A stretch of 64,000 nt of DNA from Vicinamibacterales bacterium (GTDB lineage: Bacteria > Acidobacteriota > Vicinamibacteria > Vicinamibacterales > UBA2999). The translations under genes were made by a program, and so were the position numbers. The stretch is taken from contig DASYQV010000170.1 of the NCBI GenBank assembly GCA_036005125.1, positions 2,407-66,406 on the forward strand, in the 5' to 3' direction. Below the pieces are notes generated by a model. The model had not been told where the DNA came from. It saw only the letters and a program-made list of their open reading frames with translations, and searched no databases. Below, one piece after another: positions 25,904 through 36,165 of this stretch. Each line of letters begins with the position of its first letter. Within the stretch, counting starts at the first letter, position 1.

Positions 25904-26179
25904 TTAATCCTTCGGCGTGATTTGCGAAGCACTGAACGGCGACGGTGGTCGATCCACGTGCCGCGATGCCAGCACCGAAACCAGCTCGGCAAGCCCGACG
26001 CAGACGTTGACCAGGCCCAGGCCTGAAACTGCGCCCCGAACGAAGTTGTTCCTGATCACGCCCTGCACGAGCGGCATGGCCTGGGCGAAGTAGTTCCGTT
26101 CCCAGAATGCCGACCACGGCACGACGATGAGCAGGAAACCGACCTCGAGGAAGAAGGCGACGAGGATGAGCCGCTTCAC
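25904..26179 (-). CDS. Small hypothetical membrane protein
   Basis: 91 aa with two predicted TM segments. Its start lies 7 nt after the TPR gene stop on the same strand. Confidence 0.5.
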   Translation of the reverse strand: MKRLILVAFFLEVGFLLIVVPWSAFWERNYFAQAMPLVQGVIRNNFVRGAVSGLGLVNVCVGLAELVSVLASRHVDRPPSPFSASQITPKD

Positions 26180-26185
26180 GTGGCC

Positions 26186-28264
26186 TCACCCCTCCGTCGG
26201 CAGTCGCGAGAGCCGCTCAATTCGGGATGCCACATCACGGTACTGCCCGGCATCGGCCTGGAGCTCCAGCAAGACCGCGAGCGCCCGCGCGCCCTCGCCC
26301 GACCGCTGGAGCGTGTCCGCGAGGTCGTACATCAACGCGTGTGCCTCGTCGAGGCTCGGCGCGGGCGCCTCGGCGGCGCGCTCCATCCAGTCGACGCCGC
26401 GGCCGAGCTCACCGTTCCGCGCGTACAGGCGCCCAAGCTCGGCAGATGCCTGGAAACGCATGAGAGGCGAGCGCGCCGCCACCTGAAGCGCGTCGATCGC
26501 CTCGGCGATGCGACCGTGACGCGCGTACTCGAGGCCGCCGGCGTACGCCTTCTCGGCATCCGTCGCCCGTCCCTCGCTGGCTGCCTTCGCTCGCAGGTCC
26601 TCGAAGACGCGCTCGAGATCCGGCGGCGGACCGACGGGTTCCGTCGTCGCCCCGCTCGTTTCCGCACTCAGACTGTCGAGGGCGGGCATCAGATCGGTCG
26701 AGTCGGGCACGCTCGACGGCGCCCTGCTGAGCTCGGCAAGCGCTTCGTTCAAATCAATCTCGGCCTCATCGAGCACGATTGCGCCGTCGGTGTCTGTCAG
26801 GACCGGCGTGTCGGTGGCCGCGTCATCGGATGGACCTGGACGATCGAGCCGACCTGCGGGGGTGGTGAACGGATTGTCGCCGCTCAAACGCTCGACGATG
26901 ACCGCATCCGGATCGAGCACGCCGAGCAGGAGCAGCGCGCGACGGAACCGGTCGACGTTCGCCGCAACCCACGGTTCGCGTGCGACGAGATCTTCGGCAA
27001 TCACCCTCGCCTCTGCGCCGAGTCCAGCCGCCAGGTAGGCATCGGCCAGTTGCGTCTGGGCCCTGTGCATTGTCGAGTCGAGCCCGCCGTCGACGCAGAT
27101 TTCGACGAGCTTCAACAGCGCAGGGATGTGAGTTGGCGCGTGAGACACGAACTCATCGAGCGCTGCCGCGGCCGCGGCCCAGTCCGCTTCGAGGAGCGCC
27201 GCATCGGCGGCTATCTCCACCGACGCGAACGCCGCATCCACGTGCTTCTGCTCAGCAAGGTCGCGGGCCAGCGCCACCAGATTCTGGCGCCGGTCGGGAT
27301 GCCGGGTCAGCAACCGCGTCAGCGCGGAGCGTCCCTGGTCGATTCGGCCGGTTTCGAGCTCGACGCGCGCAAGGGTCAACAGCAGTTCCGGATCGTCGCC
27401 AACGGCATCCGGGCTCAGGAACGTGCGGGCATGCTGCGGAAACCCCTCGGCAAGACACTCGCGCGCGAGCCGCGCCCGTAACGCGAGATCCTGTGGATCG
27501 AGCTGGGCCGCTTCGGTGAGCACTTCCAGCGCCTCCCGGCGTCGCCCCTGCTGCTCGAGCGCCTGTGCCACCTCCTGCAGTTCCCCAGAAGTCCGGGCGA
27601 CAGCCCTCGCCTGACCGATCTCTCCCTGGCACAGGAGCCCGCGGAGCAGCCGGCTGCGCAAGTCCCTGCGGTCCGGATCGAGACGCACCGCCTCGGCAAG
27701 CGCGGCGAGCGCATCGCCCCCGCGCTTCTGGTTGTCGAATGCCGCTGCCGCATCCTCGAGCAATGCACTGGCCCGTGACGTGTCGCCGAGGTGCACCGCC
27801 GCGCGCGCTGCGACCATCTTGCACTGGGCGTCGGCAGGGTCGATCTCGCCGACCCGCACAATCATCTCCGCGGCTCCCCGTTGATCGCCGCGCGTGCGAC
27901 GGAGCTCGGCGGCCTGCCGCAGGTAGGCCTTGGCGTCGACGAGCACGCCCTGCCGGGCCGCCAGGTCGGCGAGCCGCAGCATCGAATGCTCGTCGTCGGT
28001 GATCTTGAGAATCTTCTTGTAGAGGGCCGCGGCCTTCGAAAAGAACCCTTGCTCGAACAGATGGTCCGCCACGCTCGTGAAGCGCGCGACTGACTGTTCG
28101 AACTGCCCTGCGCGGAGATAGAGATCGCCGAGGGTATTCACCGAGCCCCAATCATGTGGCTGATCCGTGATGAGCTGGACGTACTCCGCGATGGCTCCGT
28201 CGAGCTTTCCCTGGCGAAGCAGCTTCTCCGCCCGTCTCAGCGTCTCGTCGCGGTCAACAGGCAC
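26186..28264 (-). CDS. Large tetratricopeptide-repeat protein
   Basis: Serial TPR-like helical pairs throughout. Start is placed at the GTG at 28264, immediately after the repeat arm. The track ORF start (TTG at 28363) would translate the heptamer repeat (KSQITNRKSQ). Confidence 0.7.
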   Translation of the reverse strand: MPVDRDETLRRAEKLLRQGKLDGAIAEYVQLITDQPHDWGSVNTLGDLYLRAGQFEQSVARFTSVADHLFEQGFFSKAAALYKKILKITDDEHSMLRLADLAARQGVLVDAKAYLRQAAELRRTRGDQRGAAEMIVRVGEIDPADAQCKMVAARAAVHLGDTSRASALLEDAAAAFDNQKRGGDALAALAEAVRLDPDRRDLRSRLLRGLLCQGEIGQARAVARTSGELQEVAQALEQQGRRREALEVLTEAAQLDPQDLALRARLARECLAEGFPQHARTFLSPDAVGDDPELLLTLARVELETGRIDQGRSALTRLLTRHPDRRQNLVALARDLAEQKHVDAAFASVEIAADAALLEADWAAAAAALDEFVSHAPTHIPALLKLVEICVDGGLDSTMHRAQTQLADAYLAAGLGAEARVIAEDLVAREPWVAANVDRFRRALLLLGVLDPDAVIVERLSGDNPFTTPAGRLDRPGPSDDAATDTPVLTDTDGAIVLDEAEIDLNEALAELSRAPSSVPDSTDLMPALDSLSAETSGATTEPVGPPPDLERVFEDLRAKAASEGRATDAEKAYAGGLEYARHGRIAEAIDALQVAARSPLMRFQASAELGRLYARNGELGRGVDWMERAAEAPAPSLDEAHALMYDLADTLQRSGEGARALAVLLELQADAGQYRDVASRIERLSRLPTEG

Positions 28265-28269
28265 CTTAT

Positions 28270-28365
28270 CAATTTGCGATTTGCGATTTGTGATCTGTGA
28301 TTTGATTGCTGATTTCTGATTTGAATCGCTGGCATCAATCACAAACCGCAAATCACCAATCAAAA
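28270..28365. repeat. Tandem-heptamer palindrome, GATTYGT type, locus H4
   Basis: Left arm is ~8 units (ATTTGCG ATTTGCG ATTTGTG ATCTGTG ATTTGAT TGCTGAT TTCTGAT TTGAATC). Right arm is ~4 units (ATCAATC ACAAACC GCAAATC ACCAATC). Confidence 0.9.
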
Positions 28366-28370
28366 ATGTT

Positions 28371-28994
28371 CTAGTCCATTGTATCGAACAGAGATGGAGG
28401 CCGGAACGAGCGGCGGTGGAGCGGCGAGTAACCGTAGCGGGCGACGGCGGCGAGGTGATCGGCGGTTGCGTAACCCTTGTGGTGATCGTATCCGTATCGC
28501 GGATCGGCGGCGTGGTGCCCCATCATCTCGCGATCGCGCGTCACCTTGGCGACGATGGAGGCGGCCGCAATGGCCGTGCAACGTCGATCGCCGTGGAGCA
28601 CGCCCCGCTGAGCGACATAGAGATTTGGAATCCGGAACGCGTCAACGAGCACCAGGTCGGGCAGCGGCGCGATTGCGAGGACCGCGCGGCGCATCGCCTC
28701 GAGCGATGCGCGATGAATGTTCAGCTCGTCGATTTCGGCGGGGTCGGCCGCAGCGACAGACCACGCCAGCGCCTTCCTGGTGATGACCTGGTAGAGCCGC
28801 TCACGCTCGGCGGCCGTGATCATCTTCGAATCACAGACGCGCGGGATGTACCGATCCGGATCCAGGATCACCGCGGCCGCCACCACCGGACCCGCAAGGC
28901 AGCCACGTCCGACCTCATCGCATCCGGCGACACGGTAGAACCCCCATCGCCGGACGGCGTTTTCGAGGGTTCGCATGGCTCGGATTCGGGGCAT
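28371..28994 (-). CDS. rnhB: Ribonuclease HII
   Basis: AGCDEVGRGCLAGPVVAAAVIL, DSK and HRRSF motifs. Confidence 0.9.
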   Translation of the reverse strand: MPRIRAMRTLENAVRRWGFYRVAGCDEVGRGCLAGPVVAAAVILDPDRYIPRVCDSKMITAAERERLYQVITRKALAWSVAAADPAEIDELNIHRASLEAMRRAVLAIAPLPDLVLVDAFRIPNLYVAQRGVLHGDRRCTAIAAASIVAKVTRDREMMGHHAADPRYGYDHHKGYATADHLAAVARYGYSPLHRRSFRPPSLFDTMD

Positions 28995-29007
28995 CTTCGC
29001 TGACCCT

Positions 29008-29090
29008 CAAGGTCAAAGGTCAAAAGTCAAAGGGCAAAGGTAAGGTCAAGACCTGACTTTTGACCTTTGCCCCTTTGACCTTTGACCTTG
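29008..29090. repeat. Tandem-heptamer palindrome, GGTCAAA type, locus R3
   Basis: CAAGGTCAAAGGTCAAAAGTCAAAGGGCAAAGGTAAGGTCAAG / ACCTGACTTTTGACCTTTGCCCCTTTGACCTTTGACCTTG. Fills the rplS-rnhB spacer. Confidence 0.95.
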
Positions 29091-29096
29091 CGCGCG

Positions 29097-29441
29097 TTAT
29101 GCGCGCTTGGTCTCTTTCATACGCGCAGCTTTGCCCTTCAGGTTGCGCAGGAAGTACAGCTTCGCGCGGCGGACGCGCGCGGATCGCACGACGTCGACCT
29201 TGGCGATCGTCGGGGAATGCAGCGGGAAGATCCGTTCGACGCCCTGGCCGAACGAAACCTTCCGGACCGTGAACGACGCCCGGGCGCCGCCTCGATGCAT
29301 CCCGATCACGATGCCCTCGAAGATCTGGATGCGCTCCTTGTCGCCTTCGCGCACCTTGACGTGGACGCGGACGGTATCTCCCGACTTCATGTTCGGCCGA
29401 TCGGTCATCTGCGACTTCTCGACCAGCTCAATCGCGCTCAT
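29097..29441 (-). CDS. rplS: 50S ribosomal protein L19
   Basis: [32 protein letters not shown]...[18 protein letters not shown]. Confidence 0.95.
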   Translation of the reverse strand: MSAIELVEKSQMTDRPNMKSGDTVRVHVKVREGDKERIQIFEGIVIGMHRGGARASFTVRKVSFGQGVERIFPLHSPTIAKVDVVRSARVRRAKLYFLRNLKGKAARMKETKRA

Positions 29442-30193
29442 TTTGTCACCCCATCCTGCGACGCCGACTGCTTCAGCTCGTCCAACAGCTCGCGCTCTTC
29501 ATCGTCGAGCGTGGCGGTCGCGAGCAGATCGGGACGCCGCTCGAGCGTCCGCCGCAATGCCACGCGTTTTCGCCATCGCCGCACCTCGGCATGGTGCCCC
29601 GACAGCAGCACGTCCGGTACCTTGCGTCCGCCAAACTCGGCCGGCCGCGTGTAATGCGGGTGGTCGAGCAGCCCCCGCGAGAACGAGTCCTCTTCGACCG
29701 ACGTCGCGTCGCCGACAACGCCCGGCACGAGGCGGCTCACCGCGTCCAGGATCACCAGCGCTGGAAGCTCGCCGCCGCTCAGCACGTAGTCGCCGATCGA
29801 GAGCTCCTCGGTCGCGACGAGCTCGCGGACGCGCTCGTCCATGCCCTCGTATCGACCGCACAGAATCACCACGTGCTCCAGGCCGCTCAGTCGCACGGCC
29901 TCTGCCTGCGTGAACAGCCGTCCCTGGGGCGACAACAGCACCACCGTCGACGGGCTGCCGCGGTGCTGGCGAATCGCCTCCACTGCCTTCGCGAGCGGCT
30001 CCGGCTTCATCACCATCCCCGGTCCCCCGCCGTAGGGCACGTCGTCGACCGAACGATGCCGATCGGACGTGTGGTCGCGCAGGTCGTGGACCTTCACATC
30101 CAGCACGCCAGCCGCGACGGCCCGGCTCACGACGCCCTCGGTGAGGGCGGCCTGGACCATCCGCGGAAAGATGGTGACGATGTCGAACTTAAT
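29438..30193 (-). CDS. trmD: tRNA (guanine37-N1)-methyltransferase, probable ATT start codon
   Basis: [20 protein letters not shown] and YTRP...[10 protein letters not shown] motifs. The conserved N-terminal strand [12 protein letters not shown] lies upstream of the first ATG (30160). An in-frame ATT at 30193 sits 8 nt after GGAGG. Confidence 0.85.
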   Translation of the reverse strand: MKFDIVTIFPRMVQAALTEGVVSRAVAAGVLDVKVHDLRDHTSDRHRSVDDVPYGGGPGMVMKPEPLAKAVEAIRQHRGSPSTVVLLSPQGRLFTQAEAVRLSGLEHVVILCGRYEGMDERVRELVATEELSIGDYVLSGGELPALVILDAVSRLVPGVVGDATSVEEDSFSRGLLDHPHYTRPAEFGGRKVPDVLLSGHHAEVRRWRKRVALRRTLERRPDLLATATLDDEERELLDELKQSASQDGVTK

Positions 30194-30198
30194 CTCCG

Positions 30199-30735
30199 TT
30201 ACCTCCGACTGACATTGAGATCCAGCAACCCCTCGGGCGGCTCGATTCGAATCCGCTTGGCGCCGACATCTATATCGACGCAGATCTCGGTGGCGAGCGG
30301 AACGAGGATCTCTCCGCGCCGGCCGTCAACTACAAGGCGGCTCCCGCCGAGGCCACCTTCAATACGCGACACCGTCCCGACGACAGCACCGTCCGGCATT
30401 TCAACCACACATCCGACCAGCTGATGGTGGTAGAAGAGCCCTGGCTCGAGCGCTGTGAGCTCCTCCTCCGGCACCCGCAGCTCCACTCCGGCCAGCCGCT
30501 CGACGTCCTCAACCCTCTCGAACCCCTCGAAGTCGATCACCGGACGACCGCCGTGGAACCGGACCGAGCCGATCGTCAGGCGTTCGTCACCCTGCGACGA
30601 TCGAATCCAGAACGATGCGCCCTTCCGGAATCGCTGCTCGGGGAAGTCCGTTTCAGGGTTGACGATCACCTGTCCCCGGATGCCATGCGGTCGGGCGATG
30701 CGTCCGACCACGGCCATGTCGTCCCACTGCGCCAT
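30199..30735 (-). CDS. rimM: 16S rRNA processing protein RimM
   Basis: [28 protein letters not shown] and a PRC-barrel C-terminus. Confidence 0.9.
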   Translation of the reverse strand: MAQWDDMAVVGRIARPHGIRGQVIVNPETDFPEQRFRKGASFWIRSSQGDERLTIGSVRFHGGRPVIDFEGFERVEDVERLAGVELRVPEEELTALEPGLFYHHQLVGCVVEMPDGAVVGTVSRIEGGLGGSRLVVDGRRGEILVPLATEICVDIDVGAKRIRIEPPEGLLDLNVSRR

Positions 30736-30767
30736 GGATTCCGTCCGTCACCGCCTCGACCGGCGCT

Positions 30768-31013
30768 TCAATCTCGAATGTCGAGAGATGCCTTCCGGCC
30801 ATGCTGCTCCGCCGTCACCGCAACGAGCGTACGCAGGGCAGCAGCCGTGCGCCCCTGCCGTCCGATAATCTTGCCGAGATCGCCGGGCGCGGTCGTCAAT
30901 TCGAGCACGGTCATGCCGCGACGCTCGTGCTCGGACACGGTCACGGCGTCTGGGCGATCGACGAGCGCCCGCGCCACGACCTCGACGACCGCACGCAACG
31001 GACTGGTCGCCAT
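30768..31013 (-). CDS. KH-domain RNA-binding protein (YlqC/UPF0109)
   Basis: LVDRPDAV.V......TVLEL...PGDLGKIIGRQGRTAAALRTLV. The ATG overlaps the rpsP stop. Confidence 0.85.
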   Translation of the reverse strand: MATSPLRAVVEVVARALVDRPDAVTVSEHERRGMTVLELTTAPGDLGKIIGRQGRTAAALRTLVAVTAEQHGRKASLDIRD

Positions 31014-31303
31014 CACTCGGCGGGCGCGGGCGCCGGCGCCTGGGCCGCCGGCTTGACGGCAAGGTCGCGCGTCAGATGTTTCGCGAGCAGCGTTCGTACC
31101 GAATCCGACGGCTTCGCGCCCTTGCCGATCCAGTGTTGGATCCGCTCCTTGTTGAGCTCGACCCGGGCCGGCTTCGTCTGCGGGTTGTACGTGCCCACAT
31201 TCTCGACGAAGCTGCTGTCGCGCGCGGACCGCGCCTCCACGACCACCACGCGAAAGAAGGGATTCTTCGTCGACCCCATCCGCCGCAAACGAATCGCGAG
31301 CAT
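31013..31303 (-). CDS. rpsP: 30S ribosomal protein S16
   Basis: [29 protein letters not shown]....E.VGTYNP. AGGAGGA Shine-Dalgarno upstream. Confidence 0.95.
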   Translation of the reverse strand: MLAIRLRRMGSTKNPFFRVVVVEARSARDSSFVENVGTYNPQTKPARVELNKERIQHWIGKGAKPSDSVRTLLAKHLTRDLAVKPAAQAPAPAPAE

Positions 31304-31322
31304 CTATCCTCCTGCTGTCCTT

Positions 31323-31437
31323 CGTAGGCCGCATCTTTAGATGCGGCGCAGTGCCATACGGCTTTTTCGTAGGCCGCATCTTTAGATGCGGCCCAGCAAA
31401 ATGTACTCGGGTCTAAAAACCCGGCCTACGTACGTCC
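31323..31437. repeat. Two tandem copies of the CGTAGGCCGCATCTTTAGATGCGGC hairpin element; second copy bounded by inverted CGTAGGCCG / CGGCCTACG
   Basis: Copies begin at 31323 and 31368. The unit 31368-31433 ends with CGGCCTACGTAC, the reverse complement of GTACGTAGGCCG seen at 55572 and 63181. Confidence 0.85.
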
Positions 31438-31439
31438 GA

Positions 31440-32867
31440 TCACCGGCTCTTGATCAGGCCCCACGGCCCTTTCTTCTTTTTCTTCCTCACGCCCGCAAAC
31501 CCGCCGCCACCGGCAGGCATCTGGGACAGCTTCGGCATGGCTTTCGTGCCTTTCATGCCCTTCATCGCAGGCAGTCCGCCCTGTCCCACCATCTTCAGGA
31601 CCTTCTGCATCTCGGTGAACTGTTTGAGGAGGCGGTTGACCTCCTCCACCGAGGTGCCGCTGCCCTTCGCAATCCGCTTGCGTCGGCTGCCGTTGATGAT
31701 GGTGTGTCGTTGCCGCTCCTCAGGCGTCATCGACAGGATGATCGCCTCGAGGCGCAGGAGCTGTTTCTCGTCCGGCTTGTTGTCGGCGATCTGCTTCAGG
31801 TTGCCGAGGCCGGGAATCATGCCGATGATGCTCTCGAGCGGTCCCATTCGCCGGATCGTCTTCAACTGCGATCGGAAGTCTTCCAGCGTGAACGCGTTCT
31901 TCCGCAGCTTCTCTTCGAGCGCCTCGGCTTCGTCCTCGTCGATCGCCTGCTCGGCCTTCTCGATGAGCGAGAGCACGTCGCCCATGCCGAGCATGCGCGA
32001 CACGATCCGGTCGGGATGAAAGAGCTCGAGATCCTCGAGCCGCTCGCCGCTGCCGACAAACGCGATGGGCACGCCGACGACCGACACGACCGAGAGCGCC
32101 GCGCCTCCGCGCGCATCGCCGTCGAGCTTGGTCAGCACCACCCCGGTGACGCCCACTCGCCGATTGAACTCGCCCGCGCTCTTGATCGCATCCTGCCCCG
32201 TCATGGCGTCGGCCACATACAGCAGGTCAGACGGCTTGACGGCGTTCTTAATCGACTGCAGCTCGTCCATCAGGTCGTCGTCGATGTGAAGCCGGCCGGC
32301 GGTGTCGACGATGACCGTGTCGAATCCCTTGCCCCTGGCTTCCCCCAGTGCGCCGGTCGCGCGCTCGACGGGATTCATCGTCGTCGGCGCGTGCACCCGG
32401 ATCGATGCCTGGTCGCCGAGTACAGAAAGCTGCTGGATCGCCGCCGGCCTCCGGACGTCAGTGGAAACCATCAACGGGTGACGGCCCTGGCGGGTCAACC
32501 ACTTCGCGAGCTTGGCAGCGGTCGTCGTCTTGCCGGACCCTTGCAAACCGAGCAGCAGGACCACGCGCGGCGTAGGAGCCGACTTCGTCAGACCGCCTTC
32601 GGCGTCGCCGAAGAGCGCCAGCATCTCGTCGCGCACGATCTTGATCACCTGCTGACCGGGTGAAAGGCTCTTGAGGACCGCCTGGTCCATTGCGTGGTCA
32701 CGGACGCGATCGATGAATGCCTTGACGACCCTGAAGTTGACGTCGGCCTCGAGCAGCGCCAGCCGGATCTCGCGCAGCGCCGTTTCGACGTGGTCCTCCG
32801 TCAGCCGCACCTCGCCGCGAAGCGACTTGAAGATGTCCTGGAGGCGTGTGCTCAGCGAATCGAACAT
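31440..32867 (-). CDS. ffh: Signal recognition particle protein Ffh
   Basis: MFDSLSTRLQDIFKSLRG start, GLQGSGKTTT, DTAGRL, a Met-rich M domain and a basic C-tail. Confidence 0.95.
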   Translation of the reverse strand: MFDSLSTRLQDIFKSLRGEVRLTEDHVETALREIRLALLEADVNFRVVKAFIDRVRDHAMDQAVLKSLSPGQQVIKIVRDEMLALFGDAEGGLTKSAPTPRVVLLLGLQGSGKTTTAAKLAKWLTRQGRHPLMVSTDVRRPAAIQQLSVLGDQASIRVHAPTTMNPVERATGALGEARGKGFDTVIVDTAGRLHIDDDLMDELQSIKNAVKPSDLLYVADAMTGQDAIKSAGEFNRRVGVTGVVLTKLDGDARGGAALSVVSVVGVPIAFVGSGERLEDLELFHPDRIVSRMLGMGDVLSLIEKAEQAIDEDEAEALEEKLRKNAFTLEDFRSQLKTIRRMGPLESIIGMIPGLGNLKQIADNKPDEKQLLRLEAIILSMTPEERQRHTIINGSRRKRIAKGSGTSVEEVNRLLKQFTEMQKVLKMVGQGGLPAMKGMKGTKAMPKLSQMPAGGGGFAGVRKKKKKGPWGLIKSR

Positions 32868-33010
32868 GATGGGAAACCGTTGGGCAGACTTGCCCCCTTC
32901 TGAAGCATGCGCCGGGTCGGTATTGACGACCCGCAACCGGCCTACACTGCCGCTAAGCCTAACGGACGCAAACTCTTATGCTAAGTCAGATGGGGTGATC
33001 CCGGCAACAT

Positions 33011-33172
33011 ATCAGGAATCAGGAATCAGGAATCAGGAATCAGGAATCAGGAATCAGGAATCAGGAGTCAGGAGTCAGGTCAGGAGTTAAAGGAAGGACG
33101 CATGCCTTTCGGGAAGAGCGGATTTTGCCCGGCTCGCTCTGACTCCTAGCTCCTACCTCCTAACTCCTGAGT
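33011..33172. repeat. Tandem-heptamer palindrome, AATCAGG/AGGAGTC type, locus H5
   Basis: (ATCAGGA)x7 grades into AGTCAGG units up to 33088. After a 51-nt spacer the right arm is TGACTCCTAGCTCCTACCTCCTAACTCCTGAGTTC, abutting the ribBA stop. Confidence 0.9.
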
Positions 33173-34414
33173 TCAGACTGACGACAGTTTATGGCCGAGT
33201 TTGTCCTTCTTCGCCTTCAGGTACTTGCGGGTGGACTCGTTGGCCGGTATCTCGAGCGGAACCGTGTCCGAGATCGCGAGGCCATACCCCTGCAGGCCGA
33301 CGAACTTGCGCGGGTTGTTCGTGAGCAGTCGCATCGTCTTGATGCCCAGGTCAGTCAGAATCTGCGCACCGATCCCGTAATCACGCTGGTCGGCCTTGAA
33401 TCCCAGGCGTTCATTGGCCTCGACGGTATCGAACCCCTGATCCTGCAGCTCGTACGCGCGGATCTTGTTCGCCAACCCGATCCCGCGTCCTTCCTGATTC
33501 AGATAGAGCAGCACGCCGCGCCCTTCCTGCGCGATCCGGATCATCGCGGTTTCCAGCTGCGCTCCGCAGTCGCAGCGCGCCGAATGAAACACATCGCCGG
33601 TCAGGCATTTCGAGTGCACGCGGACCAGTACGTCTTTCCCGTCGCCGATGTCGCCGCGCACGAGCGCGACATGCGTCTCGCCATCGATCTGGTTCTCGTA
33701 GCAGGCGATTCGAAACGCTCCATGTTCTGTCGGGAGCTCGGCGGTCGCCGCGCGCTTGACGAGCCGTTCGGTCCGCATGCGGTACTGGATCAGGTCTGCG
33801 ATGGTGATCATCAGCAGACCGTGCTTGCGCGTGACCTTCGTGAGCTCCGGCACGCGTGCCATCGTGCCGTCCTCGTTCATGATTTCGCAGATCACGCCGG
33901 CAGGATAGAGACCGGCGATCCGCGCCAGATCCACGGCCGCCTCGGTCTGTCCCGCCCGCACCATCACGCCACCGTCGCGCGCCCGAAGCGGGAACATATG
34001 ACCCGGGCGCGCGAGATCGGACGGCTTCGTCTCGGGATCGATCGCGGCGAGCACCGTCGCCGCGCGATCCGCCGCCGAGATTCCGGTGCTGACGTAATGC
34101 TTGGCCTCGATCGAGACACAGAACGCCGTGTTGAACTGCGTGGTGTTCTGATTGACCATCAGCGGGATCTCGAGCTGGTCGAGCCGCTCGCCGGTCATGG
34201 GCATGCAGATCAGACCGCGCCCGAACCTGGCCATGAAATTGATCGCCTCGGGCGTAATCTTCTCCGCCGCGATGGTGAGGTCGCCCTCGTTCTCCCGGTC
34301 CTCGTCGTCGACGACGATAATCATGCGGCCCGCACGGATCGCCTCGACGGCCTCCTCGATCGCGGCAAATGGTCCGCGGCGTGCGCCCTTGGCGATGCGA
34401 AGCTTCGATGGCAT
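33173..34414 (-). CDS. ribBA: Bifunctional 3,4-dihydroxy-2-butanone-4-phosphate synthase / GTP cyclohydrolase II
   Basis: [14 protein letters not shown] (RibB), [20 protein letters not shown] (RibA zinc site). Start at the ATG at 34414 (MPSKLR), 3 nt after the ribE stop. Confidence 0.95.
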   Translation of the reverse strand: MPSKLRIAKGARRGPFAAIEEAVEAIRAGRMIIVVDDEDRENEGDLTIAAEKITPEAINFMARFGRGLICMPMTGERLDQLEIPLMVNQNTTQFNTAFCVSIEAKHYVSTGISAADRAATVLAAIDPETKPSDLARPGHMFPLRARDGGVMVRAGQTEAAVDLARIAGLYPAGVICEIMNEDGTMARVPELTKVTRKHGLLMITIADLIQYRMRTERLVKRAATAELPTEHGAFRIACYENQIDGETHVALVRGDIGDGKDVLVRVHSKCLTGDVFHSARCDCGAQLETAMIRIAQEGRGVLLYLNQEGRGIGLANKIRAYELQDQGFDTVEANERLGFKADQRDYGIGAQILTDLGIKTMRLLTNNPRKFVGLQGYGLAISDTVPLEIPANESTRKYLKAKKDKLGHKLSSV

Positions 34415-34416
34415 GT

Positions 34417-35043
34417 CTAATGTGATTTGGTGCCGGTCCGACGCGCCGGGTCGATGCCCGCCAGTTCCACCGCACGGAGCACGTACTTGCCGATCATGTC
34501 GCATTCGAGATTCACGCGATCCCTGAGCCGCAGCGACCGGAGGCTCGTATTCGCCCAGGTGAACGGAACGATCATGACATCAAACTGCGACTCGCTCAGG
34601 CCCGCGATCGTCAAGCTGACGCCATCCACGGCGACCGAGCCGCGGCGGATGAAATAGGGCGCAAGCGACGGCGAGTACGAGATTGTCAACCAGTTCGAGT
34701 CGTCCTGACTCCGGATGTCCTCGACGGTACCCATGCCGTCCACGTGCCCCTGCACGAAGTGGCCGCCCATGCGGCTGTCTGCGCGGACGGGGCGCTCCAG
34801 GTTGACGGTCTGCGCCCGGCGAAGCGCGCCGAGCGTGGTGACGCGGGCCGTTTCGGGACCGATATCCGCGTGTACTTCCCCATCCTCCGACACAACCACG
34901 GTGAGGCACACACCGTTGACCGCGATGCTGTCGCCGGGTACGAGCTCCGACGCCAGTTCCGTTCGCATGCGCAGCCTCAGGGACGATCCCGTCGTCTTGG
35001 TTTCGATGATGTCGCCGACCGCTTCAATGAGGCCTGTGAACAT
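34417..35043 (-). CDS. ribE: Riboflavin synthase alpha chain
   Basis: [12 protein letters not shown]...[13 protein letters not shown] and the duplicated [12 protein letters not shown] motif. Confidence 0.9.
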   Translation of the reverse strand: MFTGLIEAVGDIIETKTTGSSLRLRMRTELASELVPGDSIAVNGVCLTVVVSEDGEVHADIGPETARVTTLGALRRAQTVNLERPVRADSRMGGHFVQGHVDGMGTVEDIRSQDDSNWLTISYSPSLAPYFIRRGSVAVDGVSLTIAGLSESQFDVMIVPFTWANTSLRSLRLRDRVNLECDMIGKYVLRAVELAGIDPARRTGTKSH

Positions 35044-36115
35044 AGCCTTCGATGATAACGTCCGGTCCGCGCACATCGATCCGGGAGTCGATGAGCGACG
35101 CCGGTGAAAACGCCCGGCCGTCGAGCAGTGGTAAGCCGGCTGGCCCGAGCACGTGAGGGGTTACGTACAACTGCACGTAATCCACAACGCCCTCGTCCCA
35201 CGCCGCACAGTGAATCGCGGCGCCCCCCTCGAGCAGTACGCTCTGGATATCGAATGAGATCAACTGTCGCAGCATCGGCGTCAGGCCCGGCTCGGCGACC
35301 GGCACGACCGCTGCCCCCGCGCGTTCGAGCGCTCGCGCATCAACCGCCTTCGCAGCCAGCGCCTCAATGGACGTCAATATTATGACCGGTCCTGTTTCAA
35401 CGGTCGAGAACAGCCGAGCTTCAGGCGGCGTCCTCAGACGCCGATCGAACACGACCCGGGCCAGGCGCCGTTCCCGGTAGACCTCCCGAACCGTGAGCAG
35501 AGGGTCGTCCACGAGCACGGTATCGGATCCGACGCCAATTGCATCAACCGTTGCCCGGACGAACTGTGCACGCCGGTTCGCCGGCGCCGAGGTCAGGAGC
35601 GTCCGCTCGCCCGCACGCGCCGCGATCCTTCCATCGATGCTCGTTGCCGCCTTCAGGATGACGAACGGCCGGCCCTCGCGGCGCGCCATGAAGAACGGCT
35701 GATTCAGCCGTGCGGCAGCCTCGTGTCCGACACCCACGTCGACCTGAATCCCATGCCTGCGAAGCTCCGCGAACCCGCGTCCCTTCACGCGCGAATCGGG
35801 GTCCTCGATTGCCCCGACCACGCGGCGGATTCCCGCAGCCACGATCCGCTGAGTGCAGGGACCGGTTCGTCCCGTGTGTACGCACGGTTCCAACGTGCAG
35901 TAGAGCGTCGCGCCGCGTGCCTTGTCGCGCGCCTGGTCGAGCGCGTGAACTTCGGCATGCGGCTCGCCCGCGCGCTCGTGGCAGCCCTGCCCGACGACAA
36001 CGCCTTCATCCGTGACGACGCACGCGCCGACCACCGGATTCGGAGTGGTGCGGCCGAGTCCCCGCTCGGCGAGCTGCAGAGCCCGCCGCATCCAGTCGTC
36101 GTCCTCGCGTGACAT
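35024..36115 (-). CDS. ribD: Bifunctional riboflavin biosynthesis protein RibD (deaminase/reductase)
   Basis: PNPVVGACVV, HAEVHAL and TLEPCVHTGRTGPC deaminase motifs, plus a reductase C-terminal domain. AGGAG Shine-Dalgarno. Confidence 0.9.
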   Translation of the reverse strand: MSREDDDWMRRALQLAERGLGRTTPNPVVGACVVTDEGVVVGQGCHERAGEPHAEVHALDQARDKARGATLYCTLEPCVHTGRTGPCTQRIVAAGIRRVVGAIEDPDSRVKGRGFAELRRHGIQVDVGVGHEAAARLNQPFFMARREGRPFVILKAATSIDGRIAARAGERTLLTSAPANRRAQFVRATVDAIGVGSDTVLVDDPLLTVREVYRERRLARVVFDRRLRTPPEARLFSTVETGPVIILTSIEALAAKAVDARALERAGAAVVPVAEPGLTPMLRQLISFDIQSVLLEGGAAIHCAAWDEGVVDYVQLYVTPHVLGPAGLPLLDGRAFSPASLIDSRIDVRGPDVIIEGYVHRPH

Positions 36116-36165
36116 CTCCTAAGGCCAGTATCGTGACGAATGAAGCAAAGCAAGGTTCTCGCTCG

